From assembly GCA_041674725.1 (NCBI GenBank), contig JBAYVC010000009.1:7396-71395 (forward strand): a stretch of 64,000 nucleotides of DNA. The letters are read 5' to 3'. A model generated the notes under the pieces. That model did not search any database and was not told where the DNA came from. It saw only the letters and a list, made by a program, of their open reading frames with translations. The translations under genes and the position numbers were made by a program. Origin of the DNA: Pseudobdellovibrionaceae bacterium (GTDB taxonomy: Bacteria; Pseudomonadota; Alphaproteobacteria; Micavibrionales; Micavibrionaceae). Shown here piece by piece: positions 60,888-64,000 of the stretch. How positions within the stretch are numbered: the stretch's first letter is position 1; each line of letters opens with the position of its first letter.

Positions 60888-62365
60888 CATGCTCGTTTCC
60901 GCTTTTTGTGATTCTGTGGAACAAGATACAAGGGCAGAGCACGCCTGCGGTTCACCTCAAAATCGCGCGGTTTCTGAATATGTCCCGGGAGGAGGCTCAC
61001 CCCCGTGTCCTGTTGATGGCCTTCCGCGCCTGCGGGAAATCGAGCATCACCGGCCTGTATTGCGCGTGGTGTTTATGGCGCGATCCGGCACTTCGTATTC
61101 TGGTGCTCTCGGCTGATCTGGCTCTTGCACGCAAAATGGTGCGAAACGTCAAACGCATTATCGAGAAGCACCCGATGACCTGTCACCTCAAGCCTCCGCA
61201 TCCTGACCAATGGGGGGCTGAACGTTTTACGGTAGTGCGCCCTGCTGAGCTTCGTGACCCTTCCATGCTTGCCAAAGGGGTGACCACCAACCTGACAGGA
61301 ACGCGCGCTGACCTGATTATTTGTGATGATGTCGAGGTGCCGCGTACATCGGATAGTTTGCAAAAGCGCCTTGACCTGCGCGAGAGGCTCCGCGAGCTTG
61401 ATTATATCTTGACCCCCGCAGGCCAGCAAATTTATATCGGCACGCCGCACCATTTTCACAGTATCTATGCGGATAAACCCCGCGCCGAATATGGCGAGGA
61501 AGCTCCGTTTCTGGACGGGTTCAAGCGGCTGGTTATTCCTGTTTTGAGTCATGATGGGGTTAGTGTTTGGCCGGAGCGTTTTACAATGGAGACCATCGAT
61601 TCCATCCGGCGGGCCACCGGCCCGATGCAGTTTCAAAGCCAGATGATGTGTGAACCCGTGAATATGGCCGAGAGCCGGATCAACCCTGACCTGCTTCATT
61701 TTTACGAAGGTGACGCGGTTTACCGCGAAGCAGGCGGGCGCGGGTTTATTCATGTGGGCGATCAGGCGATGGCGTCGGTAGCGGCATGGTGGGACCCTGC
61801 CTTTGGCAGCGCGGGCGGTGACCGCAGTGTTCTGGCTATTCTTTATACGGGAAATGACGGGCGCTACTGGCTGCACCATCTTGCACTCCTCACAAATGTG
61901 CCCCACGCGAGCGAGGATGAAGCCACGCAGCAATGCCGCAAAGTCGCAGCAACTCTTGCGCAGTTTCATGTGCCTTCGGTTGCAATTGAAACCAACGGGA
62001 TCGGCAAATTTCTGCCCGCCATTCTCCGGCGCGAGATTGCGCGGCACGTGGCGAGTGGCGGCGCGCCGTGCGGGGTCAGGGAGGTTACATCACGCCGCCC
62101 CAAAAGTTTGCGCATTCTCGAGGCGTTTGATGCGGTACTGGCCGCGCGAGCGCTTTATGTTCACCGCTCGGTGCTCACCACGCCTTTTGTGACCGAGATG
62201 CGCGACTGGCGGCCCCATGCGCCGTCACAAAAGGATGATTGCCTTGACGCTGTAGCCGGCGCTTTGTCCCTTGCTCCAGTGCGGATGACCCCGCGTGGGG
62301 GAGAGAGTGGCCGATCATGGATTGCGGGAAAACCTCCCCACGGCACAAGCTCTTTCGATATCTGA
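60884..62365 (+). CDS. Terminase large subunit
   Basis: It has a Walker A-like motif (AFRACGKSS), Walker B (DLIICDDVE), the ILVLSADLALARKMV coupling region and a C-terminal RNaseH-like nuclease region. Length is 493 aa. Confidence 0.8.
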   Translation: MTCSFPLFVILWNKIQGQSTPAVHLKIARFLNMSREEAHPRVLLMAFRACGKSSITGLYCAWCLWRDPALRILVLSADLALARKMVRNVKRIIEKHPMTCHLKPPHPDQWGAERFTVVRPAELRDPSMLAKGVTTNLTGTRADLIICDDVEVPRTSDSLQKRLDLRERLRELDYILTPAGQQIYIGTPHHFHSIYADKPRAEYGEEAPFLDGFKRLVIPVLSHDGVSVWPERFTMETIDSIRRATGPMQFQSQMMCEPVNMAESRINPDLLHFYEGDAVYREAGGRGFIHVGDQAMASVAAWWDPAFGSAGGDRSVLAILYTGNDGRYWLHHLALLTNVPHASEDEATQQCRKVAATLAQFHVPSVAIETNGIGKFLPAILRREIARHVASGGAPCGVREVTSRRPKSLRILEAFDAVLAARALYVHRSVLTTPFVTEMRDWRPHAPSQKDDCLDAVAGALSLAPVRMTPRGGESGRSWIAGKPPHGTSSFDI

Positions 62366-62381
62366 TTTATGGAGAACATCT

Positions 62382-62633
62382 ATGCCCAACACACCCCTTG
62401 ACCTGATCGGGTGGTGGATTGCCGTGATTGAAATTCCGGTGATCTCTGCCCTGTTCTGGATGCTGACCCGTCTGCGTGACGAACTTGCCACCCACCGGAT
62501 CGAGGTCGCCAAAAATTATGCGCAGATTTCCGAGATGCGCATTTTAGAAAACCGCCTTACCTCCCACCTGCTGCGCATCGAAGCCAAGCTCGATGTTACC
62601 GCTCTTAAAACCGAAAGGATCCATCATGACTAA
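62382..62633 (+). CDS. Small membrane protein of the lysis cassette (83 aa)
   Basis: It has a GGAGAA RBS, one N-terminal TM helix (LIGWWIAVIEIPVISALFWML) and a coiled C-terminus. It overlaps the endolysin start. Confidence 0.5.
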   Translation: MPNTPLDLIGWWIAVIEIPVISALFWMLTRLRDELATHRIEVAKNYAQISEMRILENRLTSHLLRIEAKLDVTALKTERIHHD

Positions 62634-63111
62634 ACCACCTCAACTCACCCCTGTGCCCTCTGCCGGAACTCCTGCTGCCCGCGATTTCGAAGCCCAGCGC
62701 GAGGTGGATATTCTCGCCCGCACCTTGTGGGGCGAGGCGCGCGGGGAAGGTATCCAAGGTATGGAGGCTGTTGCTTGCGTGATCCTCAACCGCCTTGCTA
62801 TCGCCAAAGCGCACGGGTTTGATTATTGGTGGGGCAATTCGGTGATCCAGATTTGCCAAAAGTCGTACCAGTTTTCATGCTGGAACAAAGACGACCCGAA
62901 TTACCCGCGCCTGCTTGCCGTCGATGCCGCCAGCAATATGCAGTTTGCCACAGCGCTGCGGATTGCGCGGCGGGCTTTGCTCGGGTTTTTAACCGATGCC
63001 ACGGGCGGCGCCACTCATTATCATGCCCGCCATGTCAGCCCCAACTGGATTGCAGGAAGCGCCCCCGTTGCCGCCATCGGACATCATGTGTTTTATAAAT
63101 TGGTGGAGTAG
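62626..63111 (+). CDS. SleB-type cell-wall hydrolase (endolysin)
   Basis: LARTLWGEARGEGIQGMEAVACVILNR...YQFSCWN is the Hydrolase_2 (SleB) signature. Confidence 0.8.
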   Translation: MTKPPQLTPVPSAGTPAARDFEAQREVDILARTLWGEARGEGIQGMEAVACVILNRLAIAKAHGFDYWWGNSVIQICQKSYQFSCWNKDDPNYPRLLAVDAASNMQFATALRIARRALLGFLTDATGGATHYHARHVSPNWIAGSAPVAAIGHHVFYKLVE

Positions 63112-63114
63112 ATC

Positions 63115-63669
63115 ATGCCCATGCCTGTTTTACTGCAAGCCGGACTTCCCGCCCTGATCAAGGGACTCGCCGGAGCCCTTAAAAATGTCAACACCCCCGT
63201 GGCGCAGGGTGCATCAAGCGCCCTCGACGCCTTGTCAGGTTCCTTTGCCACAGGCGAGATGTCCGACACGCAGCTTGCCGAGATCAACCGTCATCTGGAG
63301 AAAATGGAAGAGTTTGAAACAGGCGAGCGCGCAGTGGCCATTCAGCAGATTAACGAATCGCTGCGCACGGAAGTCGCGTCAAACGACCCGTATGTCCGGC
63401 GGATGCGGCCAACCTTCGGATATATCATTGCCCTCACTTGGGCCGCGCAAATGCTCGCCATTGCTTATGTCATTGTGTTCGATACCCAAGAGGCCGCGCT
63501 GGTGATTGAGGCTGTCCAATCACTCAGCACCATCTGGGCGGTGGGCCTCTCTGTTCTGGGGATTTATGTGTATCGCCGTTCCAGCGAGAAACAAAATTTC
63601 ACGAGCGCTCCTGCGCCCTCCCCTAAACCCGTCACTGCGCCTATCCGGCCCCCCCACTACAACCCCTAA
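63115..63669 (+). CDS. 3-TM holin of the gene-transfer-agent-release type
   Basis: It has a Gly/Ala-rich N-terminus, a central helical region, a YVRRMRPTFGYI motif and C-terminal TM helices. This fits the remembered GTA_holin_3TM family layout. Confidence 0.55.
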   Translation: MPMPVLLQAGLPALIKGLAGALKNVNTPVAQGASSALDALSGSFATGEMSDTQLAEINRHLEKMEEFETGERAVAIQQINESLRTEVASNDPYVRRMRPTFGYIIALTWAAQMLAIAYVIVFDTQEAALVIEAVQSLSTIWAVGLSVLGIYVYRRSSEKQNFTSAPAPSPKPVTAPIRPPHYNP

Positions 63670-63774
63670 TGCCAAGGGAAGCCAAGGGCGGATTTTCTGG
63701 AGGCGTGATGTTCAAGCCCTTGTGAAGACCTGCTTTTTGGGGTAACATAAGCTCCTCTTCATACGAGGTTCTTC

Positions 63775-64000
63775 GTGCTCCATCATTTCCGTATTTATGC
63801 CCGCATCTATGCCCTTTGGGGATGCAGTTTTCTGGTATCCCCCGCTTATGCCGAAACCCTCGCGCAGTCCCTTGGCAGCGCCCTTGAGCAAAACCCGTCC
63901 ATTATCCAGTCAATAGCCGCCGAAGAAGGCGCCCATGCGGAGCTGCGCAGCCAGCGGTCGCATTTCTTTCCCGAGATCAGTGCTTCAAGCGCCGCTGGAC
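63775..64000 (+). CDS. TolC-family outer-membrane protein, partial (continues past the window end)
   Basis: The frame opens at a GTG start and stays open to the window end. It has a signal peptide ending SPAYA-ET, followed by LAQSLGSALEQNPSIIQSIAAEEGAHAELRSQRSHFFPEIS, typical of TolC N-termini. Confidence 0.6.
   Translation, partial: MLHHFRIYARIYALWGCSFLVSPAYAETLAQSLGSALEQNPSIIQSIAAEEGAHAELRSQRSHFFPEISASSAAG

Larger units (their letters stand above)
47641..63669 (+). mobile_element. Compact podovirus-type structural and lysis gene cluster (prophage remnant or candidate GTA-like particle locus)
   Basis: A divergent repressor is followed by a co-oriented run: portal, scaffold, capsid, tail tubular A and B, tailspike, TerL and a lysis cassette. 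It lies between the host peroxiredoxin gene and a TolC-like gene. I see no integrase, replication genes, RNAP or att repeats. Confidence 0.75.

Noticed and set aside
61073-62047. A 324-aa minus-strand ORF within the terminase region.
   Set aside because: It is antisense to TerL, which has Walker motifs and correct operon context. The antisense translation is Arg-rich with no motifs.
47560-63780. Search for att-type direct repeats, a tRNA or tmRNA target, or an integrase fragment at the borders of the phage-like cluster.
   Set aside because: By eye I found no shared direct repeat between 47560-47645 and 63670-63780. No tRNA-like sequence occurs anywhere in the window. The ssrA gene is 24 kb away and has host genes on both sides. 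I report the absence rather than a feature. A computational repeat search could still find short att cores.

Overview
The window looks like an alphaproteobacterial chromosome segment. Support for this: a circularly permuted two-piece tmRNA gene, an SspB-alpha homologue, a GAAC-N7-GAAC SOS-type box and an ilv leader-peptide attenuator. From 1 to about 47.6 kb it carries mostly housekeeping and metabolic genes on both strands. These include rpoC (partial), a small DUF1653 gene wedged into the rpoB-rpoC junction, rpoB, an orphan CheY-type receiver, a TrxR-like ferredoxin-NADP reductase, tsaE, a MurU-like nucleotidyltransferase, an HtrA protease, rlmJ, an acyl-CoA dehydrogenase with an SCP2 protein, panC, an SCO protein, phoH, pip, thyA, ssrA with sspB, a U32 peptidase, glycosyltransferases, an orphan flgC-like gene, an OYE reductase, a chemoreceptor, ilvIHC, rimO, a run of GNAT acetyltransferases with an MFS transporter and an ornithine-type aminotransferase, and a peroxiredoxin. 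From 47.6 to 63.7 kb there is a compact (~16 kb) podovirus-type cluster. It encodes an HTH/S24 repressor, portal, scaffold, major capsid, tail tubular A and B, tailspike, large terminase, SleB-type endolysin and a GTA-type 3TM holin. Host genes flank it on both sides, and I see no integrase, no replication or transcription module and no large internal core proteins. It also carries decayed cargo (a frameshifted toxin remnant and small palindromic MITE-like repeats), a PilZ gene and an AT-rich two-gene insert. This cluster is the most interesting object in the window: either a domesticated GTA-like particle locus or a decayed prophage. I found no rRNA, tRNA, CRISPR array, transposase or integrase. 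All family assignments come from reading the translations against remembered family signatures. No database search was run.
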